A stretch of 64,000 nt of DNA from an uncultured bacterium. GTDB lineage: Bacteria > Hydrogenedentota > Hydrogenedentia > Hydrogenedentales > JAEUWI01. Below the pieces are notes generated by a model. The model ran no database searches and was not told the origin of the DNA. It saw only the letters and a program-made list of their open reading frames with translations. Every line of letters begins with the position of its first letter. The first letter of the stretch is position 1. The position numbers and the translations under genes are program-made. Positions 52,638 to 61,407 of this stretch are shown one piece after another. The stretch spans positions 1,254 through 65,253 of the forward strand of contig CAXBPH010000004.1 of the NCBI GenBank assembly GCA_963977445.1. Direction: 5' to 3'.

Positions 52638-53159
52638 CTACGGGTGCTTATCCTTATCAGGTCGCCAATCACCGGGTCCACGCATACGCTTGGATCCGCG
52701 CTTCTCAAAGTCGTCGACGATTTTCTGGTATTCTTTCTGCTGTTCGGGGGTCAGGATCGCCATCGTTTTTTGAATCGCTTCTTCATGGCGCACCCGTCGT
52801 TCCTCTGAAAGAGCATCTTTTTTCTCTTCGAGCGTACGATAGATGGCGTCAAACTGCGCTTGCTGGGCTTCCGTCAATAGGTTGCGTACCTCGTTGTCTC
52901 GCTCGTCATACATAGCGCGAATGCGTGCACGGGGGTCTTCCCCATCGCGTCCCGACGACTCCGGCGACCAGATGGCTTCCATCGTCTCCCGCTGTTCATC
53001 GGTCAGCTGAAGGGTGTGACTGAGCCAGGAGTCTTTTTCCCCGGGGCGGGGAGGGTGCTCACCCGTCAGGGTATAACCGGCCCAACCCGTCGCGATTCCT
53101 GCCACATAGGCCATACATAAGGCAATGGCAGCCAATACTTTGACGTTATTCATGTCCAT
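52638..53159 (-). CDS. periplasmic LTXXQ-motif protein (Spy/CpxP-like)
   Basis: Probable start is the ATG at ~53159 (MDMNNVKVLAAIALCMAYVAGIATGWA signal/anchor). Repeated LTDEQRETM / LTEAQQAQF / LTPEQQKEY motifs. Confidence 0.7.
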   Translation of the reverse strand: MDMNNVKVLAAIALCMAYVAGIATGWAGYTLTGEHPPRPGEKDSWLSHTLQLTDEQRETMEAIWSPESSGRDGEDPRARIRAMYDERDNEVRNLLTEAQQAQFDAIYRTLEEKKDALSEERRVRHEEAIQKTMAILTPEQQKEYQKIVDDFEKRGSKRMRGPGDWRPDKDKHP

Positions 53160-53619
53160 ACTCGCTGAGTAGACTTTCTTGCACGTGTATCGCCACGAGG
53201 GTGCGGGCGCTGAGATCGGCATACTCTTCATCTACCAGGGGAGAGGTGACAACATTCTCCTCCCACCGTGTCATCACCGCTGTATTGCCACCGGTGCCAA
53301 ATTGACTGTATCCGACCAGCATGAACGAGGTGACCAGCAGTACACTGGCCGCTGCAACAAGATTCCAGGCAATACGCCGGGAGCGTTGTAGCTGCTGCGC
53401 ACGTGCCCGCCAGACCATGGGGGTCGTCCGTGGACGGGGTGTCTCCCGGCTGTAGGCCAGGCGAAGGGCGCAGCTGACATTGGCCAGCCCGTCCAACGAT
53501 ATCTGGCACACCGGGCATTCCCCGAGATGGGCTTCGAAACCGGCGGCGTCCGCAGGATTCATCTCGCCGTCATAAAAGCGGTGTACTTGTTCCAGTGAAT
53601 AAGTTTTGCAGTTACTCAT
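53146..53619 (-). CDS. anti-sigma factor with an N-terminal zf-HC2 domain and a single TM helix
   Basis: HLGECPVCQ (HxxxCxxC). TM segment LVAAASVLLVTSFMLVGY. Overlaps the sigma-factor gene by 8 nt. Confidence 0.75.
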   Translation of the reverse strand: MSNCKTYSLEQVHRFYDGEMNPADAAGFEAHLGECPVCQISLDGLANVSCALRLAYSRETPRPRTTPMVWRARAQQLQRSRRIAWNLVAAASVLLVTSFMLVGYSQFGTGGNTAVMTRWEENVVTSPLVDEEYADLSARTLVAIHVQESLLSEYGHE

Positions 53620-54205
53620 GGCGTAACTCCATTCGTTTTTCTACGTTCTCGGGTAGGGTGGCACCATCATGGCCACCATACTCCTGAAATCGTTCCCGCA
53701 AAATGGCGCGGGCGCGAAACAGACGGGATTCTACGGTCCCTCGCGGTATTTTCAACGTTGACGCAATATCTTCATAAGAAAACCCTTCCAACTCACGCAA
53801 TACCAGCACCGAGCGATGGTCTGGACTCAGTGTATCGAGCATGGCGTGCACATCCAGGCGACGTTCATTACGCGCCGCTTCCACCGGCCGGCCATCGTGA
53901 GGCGTGGTGGAGGCATCATCAAGCGACTCGGTCTTGCGTATTCGTAAATAGCGGCGACGATGGTTGGATTGACGAAAAAGAATCGCCAGTAGCCACGTCT
54001 TAAAGGTCGAGCGCTTCTTGAAGCCCAGTACACCTTCAAAAGCAGCCAGAAATGTATCCTGCATCAGATCCTCTGCCTCTACGGCGGCATATCCCATCGA
54101 GCGGGCAACGCGATACACGTCCGGCGTGTACCGGTCAAACAACGCTCCAAGGGCATCCATATCGCCCGATGTAGCGCGCTCTACCAACTCGGATTCATCC
54201 AGCAA
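53612..54205 (-). CDS. ECF-type RNA polymerase sigma-70 factor
   Basis: TTG start. Region 2 ('…YRVARSMGYAAVEAEDLMQDTFLAAF…') and region 4 ('…YEDIASTLKIPRGTVESRLFRAR…'). Confidence 0.85.
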   Translation of the reverse strand: MLDESELVERATSGDMDALGALFDRYTPDVYRVARSMGYAAVEAEDLMQDTFLAAFEGVLGFKKRSTFKTWLLAILFRQSNHRRRYLRIRKTESLDDASTTPHDGRPVEAARNERRLDVHAMLDTLSPDHRSVLVLRELEGFSYEDIASTLKIPRGTVESRLFRARAILRERFQEYGGHDGATLPENVEKRMELRHE

Positions 54206-54284
54206 CTATTCGCCTCAGTAAACCTGACCAGAACGATTCGACAGCGTGCATTATGCACGGCACCGCAACAACAAAAACCGGCCA

Positions 54285-56225
54285 TCACGAAGGCGCGTCG
54301 GTTTCTGTCGCCGTAGCGCTTGTTGCTTCCGGTTCAGCTACCTCGGCATCCGTGCTCGCAACGTCGGATGGGGTTTCGTAAATTTCTTCCCAGTTTCCAT
54401 TCTCTTTGATATAGAGGATGCCCATGTCCCGCCAGAATTCCAGCCGGGCCAGGGTATGACCAATCAATGCGTTGGTCAGGTCATTCTGGGCACTCGTCAA
54501 GTCGTTTTGCGCGTCCACCAGGTTGATGGCCGTACCACGGCCCACCTCCGCCAGCACCTCCTGCTCACGCATACGTCTACGGTTCAATTCTACACTGTTT
54601 TCTGCAATCTCGTAGGCCAATTTTGCCTGCTCAAGTTGCCGTAAGCCCGATCGCACATCCAACTTGATGGAATCTTCGGATAAGGTATAGGAGCGGATGC
54701 TTCGTTCCTGGTCAATCAGGGCTGCCCGGAGTGCATTGCGCTCGGCTTTTCGGTCCAGCGGCAGATCCAGATCCAATCCTGCCGACCAGTCCAGACTGCG
54801 GACATCGAGCCGTTGAAAATTATCCTGCCCAATGGAGTCTATGTTGGCGGCAAGAATCAGGTCAAGACCCGGCTTTAGCGCGTCCGCCGCCACTTTTACC
54901 TGGCGGGCTTCGTCTTCGACCCGGTCCCGGGAAGTCAGGTAGTCAAGACGGGATACCAGCGCGACGTCAATGGCTTCTTCGGGCGTGATTTGAGGGTGAA
55001 CAATGCCCCGGTCCTCCAGCTCTACCAGCTCCGCATCGTCAAGCACCAGATGGGCATCTGTTGGGAGACCTAGTTCAATCTTAAATTGGTCGAGCACCTC
55101 CTGGTAGGACTGAACCGACGCGACCCAGCGATTGCGGTTATCCAACGAGGCCTGTTCCAGCCGGCCGAGGTCGGCCTGGGTGCTGCGGCCTTCGCGGGCA
55201 TGGGCCGTTTCACGCTTTACGCTGGTCAGGAAACTCTGATAGCTCTGCCAGTTGTTTCGGGTGATATCTTTGCGCTCAAGAACATTGTAGTAATCATTCA
55301 CCACGCGAACGATGAAAGTCTTTCTGAATCGTGTGTAATCCCGCAGTGCATAGAGCACATCCCGCTCGCCTTGTGTGAGGGATTCGGCGGCGATTTTCGC
55401 GCCACGCCCCGCAAGCAAGGGTTGGGAAAAACTGGCCGCCAGCGTAGAGGCCGTCGCCGTCGCCGGGTCTCCCGTAACAAAGCGGAGGAAGTTGGACGTG
55501 AGGGTCAGGGCAAAAAGTCCACCCCCTTTGAGCAACTGGCTCACGCCGATTTGTGTTTGTCCAGAAACGCTGCGGTCATGGGTGATTTCCGTCTGCGTGG
55601 AGTCCACACCGGCAAGTTCCGCGCCGCTTTCCAGCACGTTGGCATAGGCCGTGAGCAAGTCCGCCGAGGTGCCGGAGAGGGCGTCAATATCCGCAGCAAG
55701 GGTCCGGGCACCGCTTACGTTCTGTGCGATTTCCGAGGGGCCCGTGCCTACCGATGTGTTGCGTGCGTAATCACCCGACGCACCCGCAAAATAACGGGGT
55801 CCAAAGCGATAGCGATCCAAGGTCAGGGAAAGAGCGGAAAGATAAAGAATCTCCTTTTCATCCTGATAGGTCCGGCTGCCATGGACGGCAATTTCCAACG
55901 CTTTTTCCAGCGACAAGACATGATAACCGAGCTCTTCATCGGGATTCTCGGAAAAGGCCCGACCCGCCGTTTCGAGCAGGGGAAGGGCCTCCATGGGATC
56001 CGAAGCCAGGTCCTCGTCGATGGTGAACTCGGACTCCATACCCGGGACCGCCGGTGCCTTTGCATTCAGAATGCCATAGGATTCCTTGTCTGCCGCGTCC
56101 CGATAGTGGCCCGTGGCACAGCCCGTGAGGACCAGACAGGGCACCAGCAGCATGGAAAATAATCGAATCGGGAAAAGTGAATTCAACGCAACACTCCTTG
56201 TTACAGGGTAGAACTGATTACTCAT
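54285..56225 (-). CDS. TolC-family outer-membrane efflux lipoprotein
   Basis: Lipobox LVLTGC. Two-repeat coiled-coil/beta-barrel OMF architecture. Start chosen so as to overlap the permease stop by 8 nt (the track ORF extends to 56282). Confidence 0.8.
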   Translation of the reverse strand: MSNQFYPVTRSVALNSLFPIRLFSMLLVPCLVLTGCATGHYRDAADKESYGILNAKAPAVPGMESEFTIDEDLASDPMEALPLLETAGRAFSENPDEELGYHVLSLEKALEIAVHGSRTYQDEKEILYLSALSLTLDRYRFGPRYFAGASGDYARNTSVGTGPSEIAQNVSGARTLAADIDALSGTSADLLTAYANVLESGAELAGVDSTQTEITHDRSVSGQTQIGVSQLLKGGGLFALTLTSNFLRFVTGDPATATASTLAASFSQPLLAGRGAKIAAESLTQGERDVLYALRDYTRFRKTFIVRVVNDYYNVLERKDITRNNWQSYQSFLTSVKRETAHAREGRSTQADLGRLEQASLDNRNRWVASVQSYQEVLDQFKIELGLPTDAHLVLDDAELVELEDRGIVHPQITPEEAIDVALVSRLDYLTSRDRVEDEARQVKVAADALKPGLDLILAANIDSIGQDNFQRLDVRSLDWSAGLDLDLPLDRKAERNALRAALIDQERSIRSYTLSEDSIKLDVRSGLRQLEQAKLAYEIAENSVELNRRRMREQEVLAEVGRGTAINLVDAQNDLTSAQNDLTNALIGHTLARLEFWRDMGILYIKENGNWEEIYETPSDVASTDAEVAEPEATSATATETDAPS

Positions 56226-57495
56226 GGCGCAGCGCCGAGATAGGGTCGAGATTTGCCGCCCGAATCGCGGGATAGAGACCAAACACTATCCCGATCATCA
56301 CGCTGATACCGGCAGACAGTACGAGGCTACTCATCGTCACAATTGTCGGCATGCCCGCGAAATAGGTCACACCCATGGGAATGGCAAAGCCAATGACGAT
56401 ACCAATCAGGCCGCCCGCCACGGACAATACGACGGTTTCGATAAGGAACTGGAGAATGATCTGTGACCGACGGGCACCAATGGCCCGACGCACACCGATT
56501 TCCCGGGTACGTTCCGTGACCGATGCCAACATGATGTTCATGATGCCGATACCACCGACCAGCAAACTGATGGCAGCGATGGAGCCCAGCACAATGTTGA
56601 AGGTACGTTTCGTGGCCTCGGCCTGGCGCAGCAGCGTCAGGGGCACACTCATGTTAAAGTCTTTTTTCGTGTGGAAGCGTTCCAGCATCGTTTGAAGCGC
56701 CTTGGCCGTACCTTCCACTTCTTCATTGGTACGTACCGAAACGATCATCTGGTGGAGTTCCACCACCTCACGCTGATAGCTGCCGGTAGAGCGGATGGTG
56801 ACCATGTCCCCAAAACGTGATTTGGCCACGCTGATGGGGATATAAGCATCCACGTTTTCATCGAGAGACTGAATGTCGCCCGTGGAGGTGCCTTCACTGG
56901 CCACGATACCGATGACTTCGAAGTATTCCCCGCCCAATCGCAAGGACTGGCCAATGGTACTATTGGTCGCCAATAGCCGCCGTGCACCGAATTCGGTTAA
57001 GACAACCACATTTCCGAAATCGTCGTTATCCCGGGAAGTCATGGTCCGTCCCGCAATCAAGGGACGCTGCACCAGGTCAAACCACTCGGGGGCCGTTCCC
57101 ACCAGCCGAAGATCGAGGGCGGTATCGCCCAACCGGCCTTCCTTGCGGAGCGATTTCACCGGCACCACCGTGGTGACGGAGTCAAAGGTCCGGATGGTAC
57201 GGTCCACATCTTCATAAAGCAGGCCATACATGCTGGCCCGGCCGCGGCCACCCGCCTGGTTCTGACTGCCTTCTTCTTCGATGGGCTTCATGGAGTTAAT
57301 GATGATGTTGGTGCTGCCCAGTTTGCGGATGTCTTCCATGGCCTTGGCAGAAGCGCCTTCGCCAATGGACAACATGGCAATTACACTGGCCACACCAAAG
57401 ACCATGCCCAACATGGTGAGAAAGGAACGGAGTTTGTGCAACATCAGGTTTTTCACCCCGAGCACAATATTCTGAAACAGATAGAGCTTCGTCAT
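56218..57495 (-). CDS. ABC transporter permease of the MacB/FtsX type
   Basis: N-terminal TM, large periplasmic domain and a C-terminal FtsX-like 3-TM bundle. Confidence 0.85.
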   Translation of the reverse strand: MTKLYLFQNIVLGVKNLMLHKLRSFLTMLGMVFGVASVIAMLSIGEGASAKAMEDIRKLGSTNIIINSMKPIEEEGSQNQAGGRGRASMYGLLYEDVDRTIRTFDSVTTVVPVKSLRKEGRLGDTALDLRLVGTAPEWFDLVQRPLIAGRTMTSRDNDDFGNVVVLTEFGARRLLATNSTIGQSLRLGGEYFEVIGIVASEGTSTGDIQSLDENVDAYIPISVAKSRFGDMVTIRSTGSYQREVVELHQMIVSVRTNEEVEGTAKALQTMLERFHTKKDFNMSVPLTLLRQAEATKRTFNIVLGSIAAISLLVGGIGIMNIMLASVTERTREIGVRRAIGARRSQIILQFLIETVVLSVAGGLIGIVIGFAIPMGVTYFAGMPTIVTMSSLVLSAGISVMIGIVFGLYPAIRAANLDPISALRHE

Positions 57496-58232
57496 GGGCG
57501 CGTCGTTTCTATGTCTTCCACATTGCCATCTTTCATATGCACGATCACTTTGGCGTGCGCAGCGATATCGGGCTCGTGGGTCACCATGATCAACGTCTTT
57601 CCGGCATCGTTCAGTTTCTGCAGGATGTCCATAACCTGATCACCCGTCTTGGAGTCCAGGTTACCCGTGGGTTCGTCCGCGAGGATGAGTGATGGGTCAT
57701 TGGCCAGGGAGCGCGCAATGGCCACACGCTGCATTTGACCACCACTGAGTTCCGTCGGGCGATGGCCCAGGCGATCCGCCAGGCCCACTTCCCCCGCGAG
57801 GCGCTCGGCAACCTTCGCGCGCTCTTCGGGGTCAATCTGCTGATAGAACAGGGGGAGCTCAATATTCTCCTGAACGGTCAGCTGGGGGATGAGGTTGAAA
57901 CTCTGGAAAATAAACCCGATATATTTCAGGCGTAGATCACTGAGCTCATCGTCATCCAGGGTGCTGATATTCCGTTTTTCCAGCGAATAGACCCCCGTCG
58001 TAGGACGATCCAGGCACCCGATCAGGTTGAGCATAGTGCTTTTACCGCTACCACTCGAGCCCATGATGGCATAGAATCCACCCCGCTCGAAGTGCAGGTC
58101 CACACCGTCCAACGCTTTCACCACATTGTTACCCATGATGTAATGCTTGGTTACCGCATCCAGGGTGATGATGGAGTCCAACGATGATTCAAGAGCCACG
58201 GGATTGCTTGCGCTACTGAGACTGGCCGTCAC
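57492..58232 (-). CDS. ABC transporter ATP-binding protein (MacB/LolD family)
   Basis: Walker [10 protein letters not shown], signature [15 protein letters not shown], Walker [12 protein letters not shown]. Confidence 0.9.
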   Translation of the reverse strand: MTASLSSASNPVALESSLDSIITLDAVTKHYIMGNNVVKALDGVDLHFERGGFYAIMGSSGSGKSTMLNLIGCLDRPTTGVYSLEKRNISTLDDDELSDLRLKYIGFIFQSFNLIPQLTVQENIELPLFYQQIDPEERAKVAERLAGEVGLADRLGHRPTELSGGQMQRVAIARSLANDPSLILADEPTGNLDSKTGDQVMDILQKLNDAGKTLIMVTHEPDIAAHAKVIVHMKDGNVEDIETTRP

Positions 58233-60174
58233 GATTACCTCTTTCCTGACGTCGCTTTTCCATTTCGGCGCGTTCTTCCGGGGTCATATTTTTCGTGCGC
58301 TCTTCACGCATTTTCGTTTTTTCTTCTTCCGACATGTTCTGGAAGCGTTCGCGCAACTTGGCCCGATCTTCTTCCGACATAGTCGCAGCGCCACCAGGAC
58401 CACCCGCGCCACCTTCACCGCCGCGGCCAGCACGCTCGCCACCGCCTTCACCGCCGCCACCCGGGGCACCTTCGCCACCACGACCGGAACGCTCGCGACC
58501 ACCTTCACCGCCTCCAGCTTCACCACCGCGACCACGACGTTCGCCGCCGCCATCACCGCCACGACCGGCACCTTCCGCACCGCCCTCGCGATTGCCGCGC
58601 GCCGGTGGCACGATTGCCGGCGACGCGACTTCCCGAGCATCAATGAAGCCGGTGTCCGCGTTACCTTCGACGCCACTATCCATAGAGGCAGAAGCCAGAT
58701 TCAGCGGTGGCGTCATCAGCACTTGCTCACCCGCAGTAAGCCCCGATGCAATCTGGAGCATGTTATTGTTGTCCAGGCCCATCTCCACAGTACGTTGTTC
58801 GTAGCTGCCATCACCCTCACTCACGAAGGCGGTCGGGGAGCCATTGACGATGAATACGGACTGAACGGGCACGTAGGTCGTGTTCTCGAAACGTGCGACC
58901 ATGATTTCCGCTTCACAGGTCATGCCGGTGCGCAAGGTGGGATTGGCCCCATCAATGTCGATTTCTGTGGGGTAGACTTTCAAATCGGGATTCATGTAGG
59001 CGCTCTGGGCATCAGGAAGGGGCGCAATCTTGGTGATGTGCCCCGTAAATACCTGATCAGGCAGGGCCTCGATCGTGATGCGCACGCCAAGACCGGGCTT
59101 GATCTTGTTCAAGTTAGATTCGTGTACCTGAACCTGGGCCATCATCTTGTTGGCTGTGGGTAGATAGATGAGCTCCTGCCGTTCCCGGACGCTCTGGCCT
59201 TCTTCCAGCGGCTCCTGACGACGCCAGCCGTCACCTTTAGCGGTGGTGGCGTAGATCGCCAGGCCTGCGGTTGGCGCATAGATTTTGGTCTTGGTAATTT
59301 GTTCGTCCAGCTTCGTCAGCTTATCCTTTTGCCGTCCGAATTCGGATTCACTGGCACGGAGTTTGGCTTCTGCCTGCACCACATCCGCGTTGGCCTTCAG
59401 CTTGGCCCGTTCCAAGGCGCGTTCCGATTCCTCAATCGCGCTCTTCAGTTCGGTCATTTTCCGCTCGTAGGTGTATTCCTTCAGCAGGTCCATCGCGGCT
59501 TCTGCAAGCTGCAAGTCGAGCTCGGCACGCTCCGCCTGGGCCTTGTGCTGATCAAATTCAATAGAGGTAAGAAACCCTTCATCCAGCAGGCGTTGCGACC
59601 CCTGGAGCTGCTCCCGCGTCTGGCTCTGGTCAGAGAGGCTCAGGGCAATCTTGGCGGCTGCTTCCTTGAGTGCCATGGGATAGTCACCATCGACATACTT
59701 CGTCAGGTCTTCCTTGGCGAACTGGAAGGCCAGCTGGGCGGCGGAAATGTCGCTCAGAGACTGGTTCTTCACCACCTCCAGATTTTCACGGGTGCTGATG
59801 TATTCCGCTTCTTTATTCTGAACCTGGATTTCCTGGTCAACCCGACCATCCACGAGCTGGCTCGCATCCAGTTCTACCAGGAGATCCCCTTCGTTTACTT
59901 CCGCACCTTCATCAATGAGAAAGATAATCTGGGCCTGGCCCTCGACTTCGTTCTTCAGAATGATCTGGTCTTTGGACTGAATCGTGCCTGCCTGGGTCAC
60001 GCTGATCGTGAGTGGGCCTTCACGCACCGTAAAAGAATCTGCCTTCTTCACCGAGCCCTCGGCAGTGTCGTAGCGCTGACCCGCTATGAAATAGAGCATC
60101 AGCGCCGCGCCGATGACGGCCAACAATAGTCCGATTTTGCGCTCTTTCGCGCGTGCAAGAAGTGAGGAGCTCAA
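58213..60174 (-). CDS. HlyD/MacA-family periplasmic adaptor (membrane-fusion protein) with a roughly 130-aa C-terminal Gly/Arg/Glu-repeat, highly charged extension
   Basis: TTG start. N-terminal TM anchor, coiled-coil and beta-barrel MFP core. The tail reads '…GGERRGRGGEAGGGEGGRERSGRGGEGAPGGGGEGGGERAGRGGEGG…MSEEDRAKLRERFQNMSEEEKTKMREERTKNMTPEERAEMEKRRQERG'. Confidence 0.8.
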   Translation of the reverse strand: MSSSLLARAKERKIGLLLAVIGAALMLYFIAGQRYDTAEGSVKKADSFTVREGPLTISVTQAGTIQSKDQIILKNEVEGQAQIIFLIDEGAEVNEGDLLVELDASQLVDGRVDQEIQVQNKEAEYISTRENLEVVKNQSLSDISAAQLAFQFAKEDLTKYVDGDYPMALKEAAAKIALSLSDQSQTREQLQGSQRLLDEGFLTSIEFDQHKAQAERAELDLQLAEAAMDLLKEYTYERKMTELKSAIEESERALERAKLKANADVVQAEAKLRASESEFGRQKDKLTKLDEQITKTKIYAPTAGLAIYATTAKGDGWRRQEPLEEGQSVRERQELIYLPTANKMMAQVQVHESNLNKIKPGLGVRITIEALPDQVFTGHITKIAPLPDAQSAYMNPDLKVYPTEIDIDGANPTLRTGMTCEAEIMVARFENTTYVPVQSVFIVNGSPTAFVSEGDGSYEQRTVEMGLDNNNMLQIASGLTAGEQVLMTPPLNLASASMDSGVEGNADTGFIDAREVASPAIVPPARGNREGGAEGAGRGGDGGGERRGRGGEAGGGEGGRERSGRGGEGAPGGGGEGGGERAGRGGEGGAGGPGGAATMSEEDRAKLRERFQNMSEEEKTKMREERTKNMTPEERAEMEKRRQERGNRDGQSQ

Positions 60175-60273
60175 TGTTCATATCCCTTTTATAAGGTTTT
60201 CCCCTCCGGTGCAGGTCAGCGTGACCTGCACCGAAAAGGGAGATTCTACATCTGTTTGTATCGTCAGAAGCGG

Positions 60274-61026
60274 TTAGTTGTTACCGCCGCCGGGCCGTCC
60301 TTCACCACCACGACGCTCACCACCACGACGCTCACCGCCGCGACCACCACCGCCACCACCGCCACCACCACCACGGGGACCCCGATCGGTTTCACTTTTC
60401 CAGCTCGCCTTCTGCTCCTCACTCAGGAGGGGGGCGAGCTTTTCGTCCAGGGCTTTCTTCGACTCGATCATTTTGGTGCGCATGGCCTCAAAATCGGCCT
60501 CATTGCCACGGCCCGGGCCCGTAGGGGTGCTTGAGGTTACGTAGGCCAACATATGGGCCATCGCTTCGGATTCTTTGGCCGGGTCCAGGCCAAATCCCAG
60601 GAGCAGCAGGGCCATGCGATCCCAGCCGCGGTTACGCCCTGCCAATACGGTGGCCGCTTCCGTGGCCTGCCCCGCGTCGAGGAAATCTTTCAGGGAGCTT
60701 TCCAGCGTGGCAACACGGGCTTCCTGAATCTTGCGCATGCCTTCCCAGTCACCCCGTTCCGCTCGCTCTGGAGGATTCTTCTTTTCATTGTCCAGGAAAG
60801 CCATGTAGGCAGTTCTCAGTGAGTTCGCTTTGGTATCGTCCAGCTTGAGGCTGGCCGCGACCGCCTTGACCTGGGCATCGCTCACCTTGGCCTGATCCTC
60901 TGGGGAGAGGTCGGGAGCGCGTTGGGGTTGGGCGACTGCCGCGAGGGTGAAAGACGTGCTGAGCATACCACCGAGAACGAGCACCCGAAATAACGTGCGA
61001 TTCCAAGTCATTACACGTGCATGCAT
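60274..61026 (-). CDS. secreted protein with LxxEQ-type helical motifs and a C-terminal Gly/Arg-rich tail (GPRGGGGGGGGGGRGGERRGGERRGGEGRPGGG)
   Basis: AAGGAG RBS. Signal peptide (…TLFRVLVLGGMLSTSFTLAAVAQP). It shares the GGERRGGE tail motif with the adjacent adaptor gene. Confidence 0.65.
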   Translation of the reverse strand: MHARVMTWNRTLFRVLVLGGMLSTSFTLAAVAQPQRAPDLSPEDQAKVSDAQVKAVAASLKLDDTKANSLRTAYMAFLDNEKKNPPERAERGDWEGMRKIQEARVATLESSLKDFLDAGQATEAATVLAGRNRGWDRMALLLLGFGLDPAKESEAMAHMLAYVTSSTPTGPGRGNEADFEAMRTKMIESKKALDEKLAPLLSEEQKASWKSETDRGPRGGGGGGGGGGRGGERRGGERRGGEGRPGGGNN

Positions 61027-61360
61027 AATTCATTTCTCCTTGAGCCGCCCGAGGGGCGGCCATGTGCCGATAGAATCGGGGCCCCGACAACGAGGCACCT
61101 GTTATGTAGTACCGTAAGGAGGGCATTTTCTTCCCTCGGCACAAGAAAAAGATTTGTTTAGATGCTCGAGGTGATCCGCTCGGGAGTGGCCTGGGGTAGG
61201 GGGGGATGTCTTTCTAACTATCCACCAGGCAATGGCTTAGAGTAGAGATGTGCCTTCACTCATTGGGCGACGTCCTTGCGCGTTGCGCTGGCGGTTTTCC
61301 GGCCACGGGCTGAAGGTGCGTTAATTTTGCTTCCAGCAGTGCCTGTGAAACAAAAAAGAG

Positions 61361-61394
61361 AGCACCACAGCGGTGGTGCTCTCTGAAGGGTAGG
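61361..61394 (-). terminator. rho-independent terminator of gyrA
   Basis: 12-bp perfect stem (agagagcaccac / gtggtgctctct) with loop agcg, followed on the minus strand by UUUUUUGUUU. Confidence 0.65.
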
Positions 61395-61407
61395 GATGAT
61401 TTAGGGC

